DNA from: Candidatus Saganbacteria bacterium
Lineage (GTDB): Bacteria; Margulisbacteria; WOR-1; JAKLHX01
Direction: 5' to 3'
NCBI GenBank assembly: GCA_026387835.1
Contig: JAPLKZ010000013.1
Location: 30,001 to 62,000, forward strand
Length of the DNA stretch: 32,000 nucleotides
The stretch's first letter is position 1. The number at the start of each line of letters is the position of its first letter. The notes beneath the pieces are model-generated. The model was not told where the DNA came from and did no database searches. It worked only from the letters and a program-made list of their open reading frames with translations. A program made the position numbers and the translations under genes. Below, piece after piece: positions 22,701 to 31,481 of this stretch.

Positions 22701-23744
22701 TTATTTCAGATATTCTCTTAACTTTCTGCTTCGCGTCGGATGCTTGAACTTGCGCAGCGCCTTTGCTTCGATCTGGCGGATGCGTTCTCTTGTGACCTTG
22801 TAGATCTGGCCCACTTCTTCAAGTGTCCGCGGCCTGCCGTCCTCAAGCCCGAAACGGAGCTTTATAACGGTCCTCTCTCTTTCAGATAGAGAGCTCATCA
22901 CTTCTTCCAGGTCATCGCGCAGCATGCCGTGAAGGACCGTCTCGTCGGGATGCGCTATTGTCGAGTCTTCCACAAAATCACCGAGATGCGAGCTTTCCTC
23001 GTCCCCGATGGGTATCTCCAGAGACAGCGGGAGCTGCGAGACTTTTATGATCTCTCTGACCTTGTCGACGGACACTCTTGCTCTTCTGGCTATTTCTGTC
23101 TCGGTCGGTTTCCTTCCCAGCTTTTGAAGAAGGCCTCTTGTGACCTTCCTCATCTTGTTTATGGTCTCGACCATATGCACGGGGATCCTGATAGTGCGGG
23201 CCTGATCGGCTATGGACCTCGTGATCGCCTGCCTGATCCACCAGGTAGCGTATGTGGAAAATTTATACCCTTTGCGGTGATCGAATTTCTCGACCGCGCG
23301 GATAAGGCCAAGATTTCCTTCCTGTATCAGGTCGAGGAAAAGCATCCCGCGGCCGGTGTATTTCTTTGCTATGCTCACCACGAGGCGCAGGTTGGAATTT
23401 ACCAGTTTATGCTTTGCTTTCATATCGCCCCGCTTCATTCTTTTAGCGATCGAGACCTCCTCCGCGAAAGTTAGGAGAGGGAATTTTCCGATCTCCCTGA
23501 GGTACATCTTGACCGTGTCGTCGACGCCGGGCCCCTTGAAGTCGGAAGCGTCGTGAGGGTTTACCTCATCTTCCACGACGGGGATCTTTTTCATTTTGTC
23601 CTCGGCAACATCAGCGTTCTTAAGAAGATATTCTATATCCTCTGAGCTTTTTGAATGGTCGGGAAAAACCGAGACATAGTCCTCGTGGCTGTGGAACGGC
23701 TTTTTCCCCCTTGTCCGGGGCTGTTCTTCACTTGTTTGAGTCAT
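22701..23744 (-). CDS. rpoD: RNA polymerase primary sigma factor (sigma-70 family)
   Basis: Region 2 ([12 protein letters not shown]), region 3, and region 4.2 ([27 protein letters not shown]). Start moved to ATG 23744 because AAAAGGAGG lies 6 nt upstream; the GTG at 23774 in the track has no SD. Confidence 0.94.
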   Translation of the reverse strand: MTQTSEEQPRTRGKKPFHSHEDYVSVFPDHSKSSEDIEYLLKNADVAEDKMKKIPVVEDEVNPHDASDFKGPGVDDTVKMYLREIGKFPLLTFAEEVSIAKRMKRGDMKAKHKLVNSNLRLVVSIAKKYTGRGMLFLDLIQEGNLGLIRAVEKFDHRKGYKFSTYATWWIRQAITRSIADQARTIRIPVHMVETINKMRKVTRGLLQKLGRKPTETEIARRARVSVDKVREIIKVSQLPLSLEIPIGDEESSHLGDFVEDSTIAHPDETVLHGMLRDDLEEVMSSLSERERTVIKLRFGLEDGRPRTLEEVGQIYKVTRERIRQIEAKALRKFKHPTRSRKLREYLK

Positions 23745-23824
23745 CACAGGCCTCCTTTTTGCCTGAGCAGTCACAGGCCAAGACTACTCATAAATATATC
23801 GCCATTAATGCGCATGAATTTCAC

Positions 23825-25591
23825 TTAAAATGACCTTATCTCGTTATGGCACTTCTTGAACTCTTCCTGAAGCGCCGCCAAGCCGGCAAGGTCGTTCGCT
23901 TTTTCAGCCTCAGACATCCTGCGTTTAAGGCCGTCTATCCTTATCTTAAGCGCGTTGGATTTCAGCGTGTTTATGCAATCCTGAAGCGTCTTCTCCCTGT
24001 CCATGATCTCATGATCGTCAAATATAATAGCTGAAAAGGCCTTTTTAGCCTCTTCAGTTGCGAGCGCGTCAACAATGACCGGCAATCTATCTTCTCCCAT
24101 GTCTGCTCCGGCAGGAGGCAGTTTTTCAAATATCTCCCTGTTCACGGAACAGGAAAAATCATCCGCGGTCAGATCTTTCATGGCATTATCACGGCCGGCG
24201 GTGTCTTCCAGGCACAGCTTTATTATCGTCTTTTCAGCCTCATCTATCTTTGAAAGCGGTTTTTTTATCGGGCCCCGCCTGCCCCTGAAGTCACCAGTGC
24301 TGTAATACCCCGAGTCTTTTATTGCGGAAAGCACGTGGTCTTCGTCAACATTCAATCTTCTGCTCAGGTTTTTGGAGTATTCACTCCGTATCACATTGTC
24401 CTTTTCTTTTGAAAGGATCGCGGCGGCTTCTTTCAGGGCTTTTGATTTTCCTTCCGGAGAAGATATATCATTTTTTTTCAGAACAGCCCCGAGCTTATAA
24501 GCTAACCACGGCACAGCTTTATTTAACAGTTCAGAAAACTTTTCCTTGCCCTCTTTTGTTATTATCTCATCCGGATCTTTTCCGCCGGACAGCACGGCGA
24601 CTTTCGGGTATATCCCGATCTCTTTAAGAATGTCTATGCTTCTTTCCGTCGCCTGGGAGCCGGCTGCATCGCTGTCAAAGACGAGCGTTATATTATCGGT
24701 AAGCCTCTGCAGTGATTTCACCTGATTTATCGTGACAGAAGTGCCCGAACTTGCGACGACATTGTCAAAACCGGCGGAAAAAGCGGATATCACGTCCATA
24801 TAGCCTTCCATTATAAGAGCGCAGCGCTTTTCCCTGATGTGTTCTTTGGAAAAATTGAGACCGAAAAGAACGTTCCCCTTGTTATAAACAGGGGAGTCCG
24901 GCGAATTGAGATATTTAGGATCGCCCCCGTCCATGGACCTTGCACCGAAACCGAGCGCCCTGCCTTTCGCGTCAAAGATAGGGAACATCAGCCGGTTCCT
25001 GAAACGGTCGTAATAGGAATTAGAACCTTCTTTCTTGAGGATAAGGCCGGCAAGTTCGATGTCTTTTGGAAGATAGCCTTTTGATGTCAGGAACCTGTAA
25101 GTCTTATCCCACGAGTCGGGTGAGTAACCGATCCTGAAAGTCGAAAGCGCCTGCTTGTCCAGCCCCCTTTTTTGAACATAAGCAAGAGCGGTCTCCGATA
25201 TTTTAAGCTCCAGCTCATAGAATTCCAGGGCCGAAGATATTATCTCAAATATCTTTTGGTCTTTGGTACCCTGTGGATCCTGAGGCCGCGCGTCGATCTC
25301 GAGCGGTATCCCGAGCTTATCGGCGAGCAGTTTTGCCGCTTCCTTGAAAGAGATGTTCTCTATCTTCATGATGAAAGAAAAAACATTCCCGCCCTCGCTG
25401 CAGCCGAAGCAGTGAAAGAGCTGTTTTTCCTGGCTGACGGTAAATGAGGCCGTTTTTTCGCTGTGGAAAGGGCAGAGCGCGAGATAATTCTTACCCCTCT
25501 TCTTCAAGGCGACATAATCTGATACGATACTTACGATATCAGCCTTGCTCCGGATGTCTTCGATAATATTTTTATCTATCATTTGTTCCAC
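23825..25591 (-). CDS. dnaG: DNA primase
   Basis: Zinc ribbon CPFHSEKTASFTVSQEKQLFHCFGCSEGGNVFSF. Toprim region LIMEGYMDVIS ... VFDSDAAGSQAT. Located upstream of rpoD as in the conserved dnaG-rpoD operon. Confidence 0.94.
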   Translation of the reverse strand: MEQMIDKNIIEDIRSKADIVSIVSDYVALKKRGKNYLALCPFHSEKTASFTVSQEKQLFHCFGCSEGGNVFSFIMKIENISFKEAAKLLADKLGIPLEIDARPQDPQGTKDQKIFEIISSALEFYELELKISETALAYVQKRGLDKQALSTFRIGYSPDSWDKTYRFLTSKGYLPKDIELAGLILKKEGSNSYYDRFRNRLMFPIFDAKGRALGFGARSMDGGDPKYLNSPDSPVYNKGNVLFGLNFSKEHIREKRCALIMEGYMDVISAFSAGFDNVVASSGTSVTINQVKSLQRLTDNITLVFDSDAAGSQATERSIDILKEIGIYPKVAVLSGGKDPDEIITKEGKEKFSELLNKAVPWLAYKLGAVLKKNDISSPEGKSKALKEAAAILSKEKDNVIRSEYSKNLSRRLNVDEDHVLSAIKDSGYYSTGDFRGRRGPIKKPLSKIDEAEKTIIKLCLEDTAGRDNAMKDLTADDFSCSVNREIFEKLPPAGADMGEDRLPVIVDALATEEAKKAFSAIIFDDHEIMDREKTLQDCINTLKSNALKIRIDGLKRRMSEAEKANDLAGLAALQEEFKKCHNEIRSF

Positions 25592-26571
25592 TGCGACGGG
25601 ACAAATATCGTCTCAAAAGCGGACAGGGCATACCTGTCGGTCATGCCGGCGATAAAATCCCTGACAGCTCCGGCAAGAGTTTTTTTGTTTCCGGCGCGCT
25701 TAAAGTCCGGTATGCCTGAAGGTTCAGACATGTAATGGCCAAAAAGAGCGGAGAGCACGTGATAGATCTTTTTTTCTTCATTTTTTGAGCGCGGTCCGGT
25801 ATAGACGGTCCTGTACATGAAGCCGTAAAGGCCATTAAGAACGGAAAGGCCTTTTCTGCCCATGCATATTTTATCTCTTCCGCTACTGTTATTTACCACG
25901 TCTTTCACGAATACGTCTACCGGGCTTCTGCCGATGAAATCCTGGAATTTTTCCGGTATCTGCTCTCTTTTTAAAACTCCTGAACGTATCGAATCATCGA
26001 TATCATGATTGATATACGCGATCCTGTCCGCGAACCTGACGATCTGGCCTTCGAGGGTCTTTGCCAAAGGAAAAGTCCACGGGTGGTTAAGTATTCCGTC
26101 CCTGACTTCCCGCGTCAGGTTCAATCTTTCTATATCGTCTATCACGTGCAGGCTCTGCTCGTTATGGAAAAATCTCAAGCCGTATTTTTTCAGGAGGCTG
26201 TCAAGGACAGCTTCTCCGGCGTGGCCGAATGGAGTATGTCCGAGATCATGTCCGAGCGCGATCGCTTCGGTCAGGTCCTCGTTAAGTCCGAGCGCTCTGG
26301 CAATGGTCCGTCCTATCTGCGAGACTTCCAGAGTGTGGGTCAGTCTAGTCCTGTAATGGTCCCCGGAGGGCGCGATGAAGACCTGCGTCTTGTGCTTGAG
26401 CCTTCTGAAAGCTTTTGAATGGATGATGCGGTCCCTGTCATGCTGGAAAGCAGTGCGGATATCGCATTCTTTTTCACCGCGCAGCCTGCCCCTGCTTTTG
26501 CAAGACAAAGCGGCTCTTTTAGAAAGAGCCTGGCTTTCTTTTTTTTCAACCGCTTCGCGGATCGTTTGCAT
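25579..26571 (-). CDS. dgt: dGTP triphosphohydrolase-like HD-domain protein
   Basis: FQHDRDRIIHSKAFRRLKHKTQVF, HYRTRLTHTLEVSQIGRTIA, LGHDLGHTPFGHAGE. The 3' end overlaps the dnaG start by 13 nt. The start lies 2 nt after the ppdK stop. Confidence 0.86.
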   Translation of the reverse strand: MQTIREAVEKKESQALSKRAALSCKSRGRLRGEKECDIRTAFQHDRDRIIHSKAFRRLKHKTQVFIAPSGDHYRTRLTHTLEVSQIGRTIARALGLNEDLTEAIALGHDLGHTPFGHAGEAVLDSLLKKYGLRFFHNEQSLHVIDDIERLNLTREVRDGILNHPWTFPLAKTLEGQIVRFADRIAYINHDIDDSIRSGVLKREQIPEKFQDFIGRSPVDVFVKDVVNNSSGRDKICMGRKGLSVLNGLYGFMYRTVYTGPRSKNEEKKIYHVLSALFGHYMSEPSGIPDFKRAGNKKTLAGAVRDFIAGMTDRYALSAFETIFVPSQWNK

Positions 26572-26573
26572 AT

Positions 26574-29345
26574 CTATTTTGATTTATATGCTCTGCTGGA
26601 CTTTTCTTTCAACACCGCCTGTGCAGCCGCGAGTCTCGCGATAGGCACCCTGAAAGGAGAACAACTTACATAGTTAAGCCCGATATTATGGCAGAATTCA
26701 ACAGATGCGGGATCTCCGCCGTGCTCTCCGCAGATGCCGATCTTCAGGTCCGCCCTTGCGGACCTGCCTTTTAAAACGCCCATCTTGACGAGCTCTCCTA
26801 CGCCGCTCTGATCGAGAGTTACGAACGGGTCAACATTTATGATCTTCTTCTCGATATACTCCGGAAGGAACGAGCCGATGTCGTCCCTGCTGAAACCGAA
26901 GCTCATCTGCGTAAGGTCATTGGTCCCGAAAGAGAAGAAATGGGCCGATTTTGCGATCTTATCCGCCACAAGAGCGGCTCTCGGGATCTCTATCATCGTT
27001 CCGACAGTATAAGGGATATTCACTTTGTATTTAGCTTTTACCTCTTCATAGATCCTCTTTATCACAACGATCTGGTCATCGATCTCTCTTACCATGGCTA
27101 CGACCGGCACCATAATTTCCGGATGCGCCTTTTTCCCCGTCTTAATAAGTTCCGCCGCGGATTCGAATATCGCCCTGGCTTCGATCTCCGTTATTTCCGG
27201 GTAGGTGATGCCGAGCCTGACCCCGCGGTGGCCCATCATCGGATTGCTTTCTCTGAGCACGCTTGCCCGTTTTTCAAGCTCTTCCATGCTGATGTTCAGT
27301 GCTTTTGCAAGTTCTTCGAGCTTTGCTGCTTCATGCGGGACGAATTCGTGGAGCGGCGGGTCGATCAGCCTGATCGTCACGGGCAGGCCGTTCATCGCCT
27401 CAAGAGTCGCCTTGATATCCGACTTCATGTAAGGATAAAGCTCTTTCAGGGCTTCCTTTCTTTCGCTCTCCGTCTTTGAAAGGATCATCTTTCTCAGGAT
27501 GAAAAGCGGCTTTTCGGTCCCTTCACCGTAGAACATATGTTCTATCCTGAAAAGCCCGATGCCCTCGGCCCCGAACTGTCTTGCTTTTTTTGCGTCAGCA
27601 GGAGTATCGGCGTTGGTCCTTACTTTCAATCTTCTGATCCCGTCGCACAAGACAAGGAATGAATCCAAAAGACTGGATTCTTCGGTCGCATCTATCATCG
27701 GCAGTTTGCCGGCATATACATTTCCCTTGGTGCCGTTAAGAGTGATCCAGTCGCCTTCTTTCAGGGTCATTCCGCTGACCGAGATCGTTTTTTTCTGATG
27801 ATCGATATCCAAAGCGCTGCAGCCGACGATACAGCATTTTCCCCAGCCTCTTGCTACCAATGCGGCGTGAGAGGTCATCCCGCCTCTTGCAGTCAGGATC
27901 GCTTCTGCCGCTCTCATTCCTTCGACGTCCTCGGGATTGGTCTCTTCTCTGACCAGGATCACCTTGCTGCCTTTCTTCGCCCATTCGACGGCATCGTTCG
28001 CGCTGAAGACGATCACTCCTGCCGCGCCGCCGGGGCCCGCGGGCAGTCCTTTTGCGACAGGTTTGTTCGTCTTTTCGGCGGCAGGATCCACTATAGGATG
28101 CAGAAGCTCGTCAAGCTGGGCCGGGGTCACCCTTAAAACAGCCTCTTCCTTTGTTATAAGTTTTTCTTTTACCATATCGACGGCCATCTTCACTGCCGCG
28201 GGGCCGTTCCTTTTTCCGATTCGGCATTGCAGCATGAAAAGGGTCCCTTTTTCTATGGTGAACTCAATATCCTGCATATCCCTATAATGTTTTTCAAGCC
28301 TTTTCTGGATATCAAACAGTTCTTTGTAGATCCCGGGCATCGCTTTTTCGAGCGTTAAAAGATCTTTGTTATGTTCGCTCTGGCTCACTGTGTTGATAGG
28401 GGCGGGGGTCCTGGTCCCCGCGACTACATCCTCTCCCTGCGCGTTGATAAGATATTCTCCGTAGAAGTGCGCGTCTCCGTTGCCGGGGTTCCTTGTAAAT
28501 GCGACGCCTGTCGCGCAGTCGCTGCCCATGTTGCCGAAAACCATTGTCTGGACACTGACGGCCGTTCCCCATTCATCGGGGATATTCTCGATCTTCCTGT
28601 AGGAGATCGCTCTTTTACCGTTCCATGAAGAAAATACCGCTCCTACGCCTCCCCAGAGCTGTTCCATGTGGTCGTCAGGAAATTCTTTTCCGAGAACCTC
28701 CTTGACTTTTTTCTTGAAAGATTCGCAGAGCTTTTTCAGGTCTTCCGCGGTCAAATCGGTATCGCTCTTGTAGCCGTTCTGGTTTTTGACCTTCCCCATC
28801 ATGTGGTCCAGCTGTTTCCTGATACCCATATCGTCTTTAGGCTCGATGCCCGCCGCCTTTTCCATCACTACATCGCTATACATCATTATCAGCCTTCTGT
28901 AAGCGTCGTAAACGAACCTTTCGTTCCCGCCGGTCTGTTTGATAAGTCCCGGTATCGTCTTTGAAGTAAGCCCGACGTTAAGGACCGTCTCCATCATCCC
29001 CGGCATCGAACTCCTCGCGCCGGAGCGGACGGATACGAGCAGCGGATTTTGCGGATCACCGAATTTCTTTCCCATTATCTTTTCGATCTTTTCGACCGCG
29101 GTCTTTACCTGCGCTTCCAGTTTTTTAGGATATTTTTTGCGGTTCTCGTAATAATACGTGCAGACATCGGTCGTTATCGTGAAACCGGGAGGGACAGGAA
29201 GTTTAAGTTTAGGATGCCCCGCCATTTCGGCGAGGTTCGCTCCTTTTCCTCCCAGGAGGTTCTTCATCTTTTCATGGCCGTCAGCACGCCCTCCTCCGAA
29301 GAAGTAAACGAACTTTTTGGACCCGGACTTTTTTTTAGCAGCCAT
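26574..29345 (-). CDS. ppdK: Pyruvate, phosphate dikinase (canonical three-domain enzyme)
   Basis: 923 aa. N-terminal ATP-grasp LLGGKGANLAEM. Phosphohistidine swivel TARGGMTSHAALVARGWGKCCIVG. C-terminal PEP-utilizer barrel FFSFGTNDLTQ and GICGEHGGDP. Confidence 0.96.
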   Translation of the reverse strand: MAAKKKSGSKKFVYFFGGGRADGHEKMKNLLGGKGANLAEMAGHPKLKLPVPPGFTITTDVCTYYYENRKKYPKKLEAQVKTAVEKIEKIMGKKFGDPQNPLLVSVRSGARSSMPGMMETVLNVGLTSKTIPGLIKQTGGNERFVYDAYRRLIMMYSDVVMEKAAGIEPKDDMGIRKQLDHMMGKVKNQNGYKSDTDLTAEDLKKLCESFKKKVKEVLGKEFPDDHMEQLWGGVGAVFSSWNGKRAISYRKIENIPDEWGTAVSVQTMVFGNMGSDCATGVAFTRNPGNGDAHFYGEYLINAQGEDVVAGTRTPAPINTVSQSEHNKDLLTLEKAMPGIYKELFDIQKRLEKHYRDMQDIEFTIEKGTLFMLQCRIGKRNGPAAVKMAVDMVKEKLITKEEAVLRVTPAQLDELLHPIVDPAAEKTNKPVAKGLPAGPGGAAGVIVFSANDAVEWAKKGSKVILVREETNPEDVEGMRAAEAILTARGGMTSHAALVARGWGKCCIVGCSALDIDHQKKTISVSGMTLKEGDWITLNGTKGNVYAGKLPMIDATEESSLLDSFLVLCDGIRRLKVRTNADTPADAKKARQFGAEGIGLFRIEHMFYGEGTEKPLFILRKMILSKTESERKEALKELYPYMKSDIKATLEAMNGLPVTIRLIDPPLHEFVPHEAAKLEELAKALNISMEELEKRASVLRESNPMMGHRGVRLGITYPEITEIEARAIFESAAELIKTGKKAHPEIMVPVVAMVREIDDQIVVIKRIYEEVKAKYKVNIPYTVGTMIEIPRAALVADKIAKSAHFFSFGTNDLTQMSFGFSRDDIGSFLPEYIEKKIINVDPFVTLDQSGVGELVKMGVLKGRSARADLKIGICGEHGGDPASVEFCHNIGLNYVSCSPFRVPIARLAAAQAVLKEKSSRAYKSK

Positions 29346-29446
29346 TGTTTTTCCTTTCCTGTTTTTCCCGCAAAAAAACGCGCAAAGTATCCTTGACCGT
29401 TTAAATAGGGGTTTGTTTATGTGCAGTTATTGACTGCGCTTACATT

Positions 29447-29455
29447 ATTATAGCA
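29447..29455 (-). promoter_or_regulatory. Extended -10 element (TGCTATAAT) upstream of ppdK
   Basis: The minus strand reads TTTTGTGCTATAAT about 100 nt upstream of the ppdK ATG, just downstream of tRNA-Ala. There is no good -35 (TCAAGC). Confidence 0.4.
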
Positions 29456-29482
29456 CAAAATTTTCACGGGGCTTGACAGAAC

Positions 29483-29555
29483 TGGACCTGAGGGGGATCG
29501 AACCCCTTACCTCTTGCATGCCATACAAGCGCTCTACCAATTGAGCTACAGGCCC
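29483..29555 (-). tRNA. tRNA-Ala (anticodon GGC)
   Basis: The reverse complement folds as GGGCCTG-TA-GCTC-AATTGGTA-GAGC-G-CTTGT-ATGGCAT-GCAAG-AGGTA-AGGGG-TTCGATC-CCCCT-CAGGTCC-A. The G3:U70 Ala identity pair is present. No encoded CCA. Confidence 0.93.
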
Positions 29556-29644
29556 ATGTAACTGATAACTTATTATTTAACCGGAGATAAGTATTATTAG
29601 GAACAAGAATATTTTAACATATTATAGAAAAGTTAGAAGTTTTA

Positions 29645-29902
29645 CTAAATGGAGGCGGATAAAAAAGCGGCTTGTTTTTCCAGGCCAGACACTAGAGTGA
29701 AACTAACGATGTCTCCTTCTTTGGTTGTGACCTTAATTTTCAGCTGCTTATTTTCCGGGTCATTTAATTCATCCTCCAACCTTTGTAAACTGACCGCCTC
29801 GCCGTTCATTTCAAGCCGTTTGATATTGGATATAGAAGCTTTCTGTGAGGCCGCGAAGATGGCTGTCGGATCGATATTATTTAGGCCTGTAATAGGTATC
29901 AT
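29645..29902 (-). CDS. Hypothetical 85-aa protein, translationally coupled to an upstream 50-aa ORF
   Basis: ATG 29902 overlaps the stop of the upstream small ORF (ATGA). Protein-like composition (MIPITGLNNIDPTAIF...KIKVTTKEGDIVSFTLVSG). The opposite-strand ORF 29649-29930 is low-complexity Ser/Leu-rich. I recognise no family. Confidence 0.5.
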   Translation of the reverse strand: MIPITGLNNIDPTAIFAASQKASISNIKRLEMNGEAVSLQRLEDELNDPENKQLKIKVTTKEGDIVSFTLVSGLEKQAAFLSASI

Positions 29903-30051
29903 TTTATCAGGTTCACCTTTTTTAAATTAACCCTGTATTTCTCATCGACTTTTCCCTGAGAAATATCCTGTATCAGGAAAAACACTTTCCTGATGTCTTC
30001 TTTTTTTTGGTCTTCCCTGATCTCGAAAGTACCGAGATTTCTTCTGAACAT
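29899..30051 (-). CDS. Hypothetical 50-aa protein (below the ORF-track size cutoff)
   Basis: Hand translation of the minus strand: MFRRNLGTFEIREDQKKEDIRKVFFLIQDISQGKVDEKYRVNLKKVNLIK*. SD AAGGAG lies 6 nt upstream of ATG 30051. The stop TGA overlaps the ATG of the next ORF. Confidence 0.45.
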   Translation of the reverse strand: MFRRNLGTFEIREDQKKEDIRKVFFLIQDISQGKVDEKYRVNLKKVNLIK

Positions 30052-30139
30052 ATTTCACTCCTTTGCCGCTATTTACTTGCAGCAAAGGTCTCTATACCAT
30101 TTATCGTTTATTAGGAGCACAGACTTGCATGTGATACGA

Positions 30140-30535
30140 TCACACGTGGTAGATTATCCCGCTTTTGCCCCAGAGGTCTTCGAGTTTGTATCTTGAGCGC
30201 TCTTCCGTCCCCATGACATGCGCGATGACGCTGATCATGTCGAGTATCATCCAGTTCGAATCCGGCCGGCCCTGCCAGCGCGGAACCCTGACAGAGTTCT
30301 TTTCCAGGACTTCATCTATGCCGCCGGCGATTGCGCCTGTCTGGGCTTTTGAAGAAGAGGAGCAGATGACAAAATAATTGCAGACGGATGAACTTTTCCT
30401 TACATCTATTATCTCGATATCCTCAGCTTTTTTGTCAACAGCGCCTTTTGCGATGAGTTGCGCGAGCTTTTGAGAGGTGATCTCTTTGGGCCTGTCCGTT
30501 CTTTTAGTTGGCTGCCGTCTCTTTCGGGATCTCAT
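30140..30535 (-). CDS. rsfS: Ribosomal silencing factor RsfS (iojap family)
   Basis: KKAEDIEIIDVRKSSSVCNYFVICSSSSKAQTGAIAGGIDEVL ... WMILDMISVIAHVMGTEERSRYKLEDLW. It has a basic N-terminal extension. Confidence 0.88.
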   Translation of the reverse strand: MRSRKRRQPTKRTDRPKEITSQKLAQLIAKGAVDKKAEDIEIIDVRKSSSVCNYFVICSSSSKAQTGAIAGGIDEVLEKNSVRVPRWQGRPDSNWMILDMISVIAHVMGTEERSRYKLEDLWGKSGIIYHV

Positions 30536-31481
30536 TTACCCTCCTTCCTCTAAGGTATTGGTCGACTATAGGGATCACCTTGTCCATTTCAGGCTGCAGG
30601 TAATAGATCCCATCGATCCTTGTGGATGTGCCGGGAATAGAGACCACCGCGATATTTCCTATCTCGTAGGACTGCCTTACCATGGACGCAAGTCCCAGGA
30701 TCTGCGATGTGGATAAATTGGTCTCGACGCACCCCAGCATATCCATCAGCAGCTGGTAGACCTGCACGATATTCTTTGTGCCGGCCATTTCGGTTACAAC
30801 TTCCTGAAGGAATTTTTGCTGGCGCTTTATGCGCCCAAAATCACCTTTTGCGTCATGCCGGAAGCGCAGGTAGCCTATCGCCTGTTTCCCGTTCAATCTC
30901 TGTACTCCGGGCTTGAGGTCTATAAAAAGTCCTCCGGCGTAATCGACATAGTACATCCTCTGGTCCACATCGACCATCACTCCGCCGAGCCTGTCGATTA
31001 TATTTGCAAGGCCGTCTACTTTTATCTTGATATAGTAGTTGATGGGTACGTTCAGAAAACTTGATGTTGTCGCGCAGGCCAGTTCGGGGCCTCCGAAGGC
31101 GTACGCGTGATTTATTTTATCTATCCTGATCCCCGGGATGACGACGAGAGTATCTCTGGGGATCGATACGATGCTTACTGTCTTGCTTTCGGGATCGATA
31201 TGCATGACCATGATCGTGTCGGACCTGTTGACGCCTTCGGTGGCATCAATGCCAAGAAGCAGGATGTTCATCTCGGGGAACTGTACATTTGAAGGGGACA
31301 AAGTAAAAAGCATCTCGAATACCGATATCCGGCTGAGGATAAATGAGGCTGTAAACCCCAGAAAAGCGGAAAGAACTACAAGGATGACAGTGAAGAATAT
31401 CAGAAGTTTTGTCCAAGCTTTTCCCGAAGAATTTAAGCCGGAACGGGCCGCAATCTCCGGAAAAAGTTGTTTATCTGACAT
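30504..31481 (-). CDS. LytR-CpsA-Psr (LCP) family protein
   Basis: N-terminal TM helix LLIFFTVILVVLSAFLGFTASFIL. LCP core NILLLGIDATEGVNRSDTIMVMHIDP, SIPRDT, KINHAYAFGGPEL, YYIKIKVDGLANIIDRLGGV, FRHDAKGDFGRIKRQQ. The 3' end overlaps rsfS by 32 nt. Confidence 0.88.
   Translation of the reverse strand: MSDKQLFPEIAARSGLNSSGKAWTKLLIFFTVILVVLSAFLGFTASFILSRISVFEMLFTLSPSNVQFPEMNILLLGIDATEGVNRSDTIMVMHIDPESKTVSIVSIPRDTLVVIPGIRIDKINHAYAFGGPELACATTSSFLNVPINYYIKIKVDGLANIIDRLGGVMVDVDQRMYYVDYAGGLFIDLKPGVQRLNGKQAIGYLRFRHDAKGDFGRIKRQQKFLQEVVTEMAGTKNIVQVYQLLMDMLGCVETNLSTSQILGLASMVRQSYEIGNIAVVSIPGTSTRIDGIYYLQPEMDKVIPIVDQYLRGRRVNEIPKETAAN

Noticed and set aside
22929-23474. A 181-aa ORF on the + strand.
   Set aside because: It is antisense to rpoD, whose frame carries unmistakable sigma-70 motifs. 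It is a typical shadow ORF.
23745-23774. A GTG-initiated 10-residue N-terminal extension of rpoD.
   Set aside because: AAAAGGAGG lies inside that extension at the correct distance for ATG 23744.
26940-28287. Several 75-179-aa + strand ORFs (26940-27479, 27559-27798, 27798-28136, 27937-28287).
   Set aside because: All are antisense to the ppdK coding sequence, and none has initiation signals or recognisable motifs.
30125-30160. A + strand promoter-like TTGCAT...TAGATT and the small palindrome GTGATACGATCAC at the rsfS stop.
   Set aside because: The spacer is 19 nt, and the only downstream + strand ORF (29993-30196 region) is antisense and low-complexity. The palindrome is short and has no U-tract.
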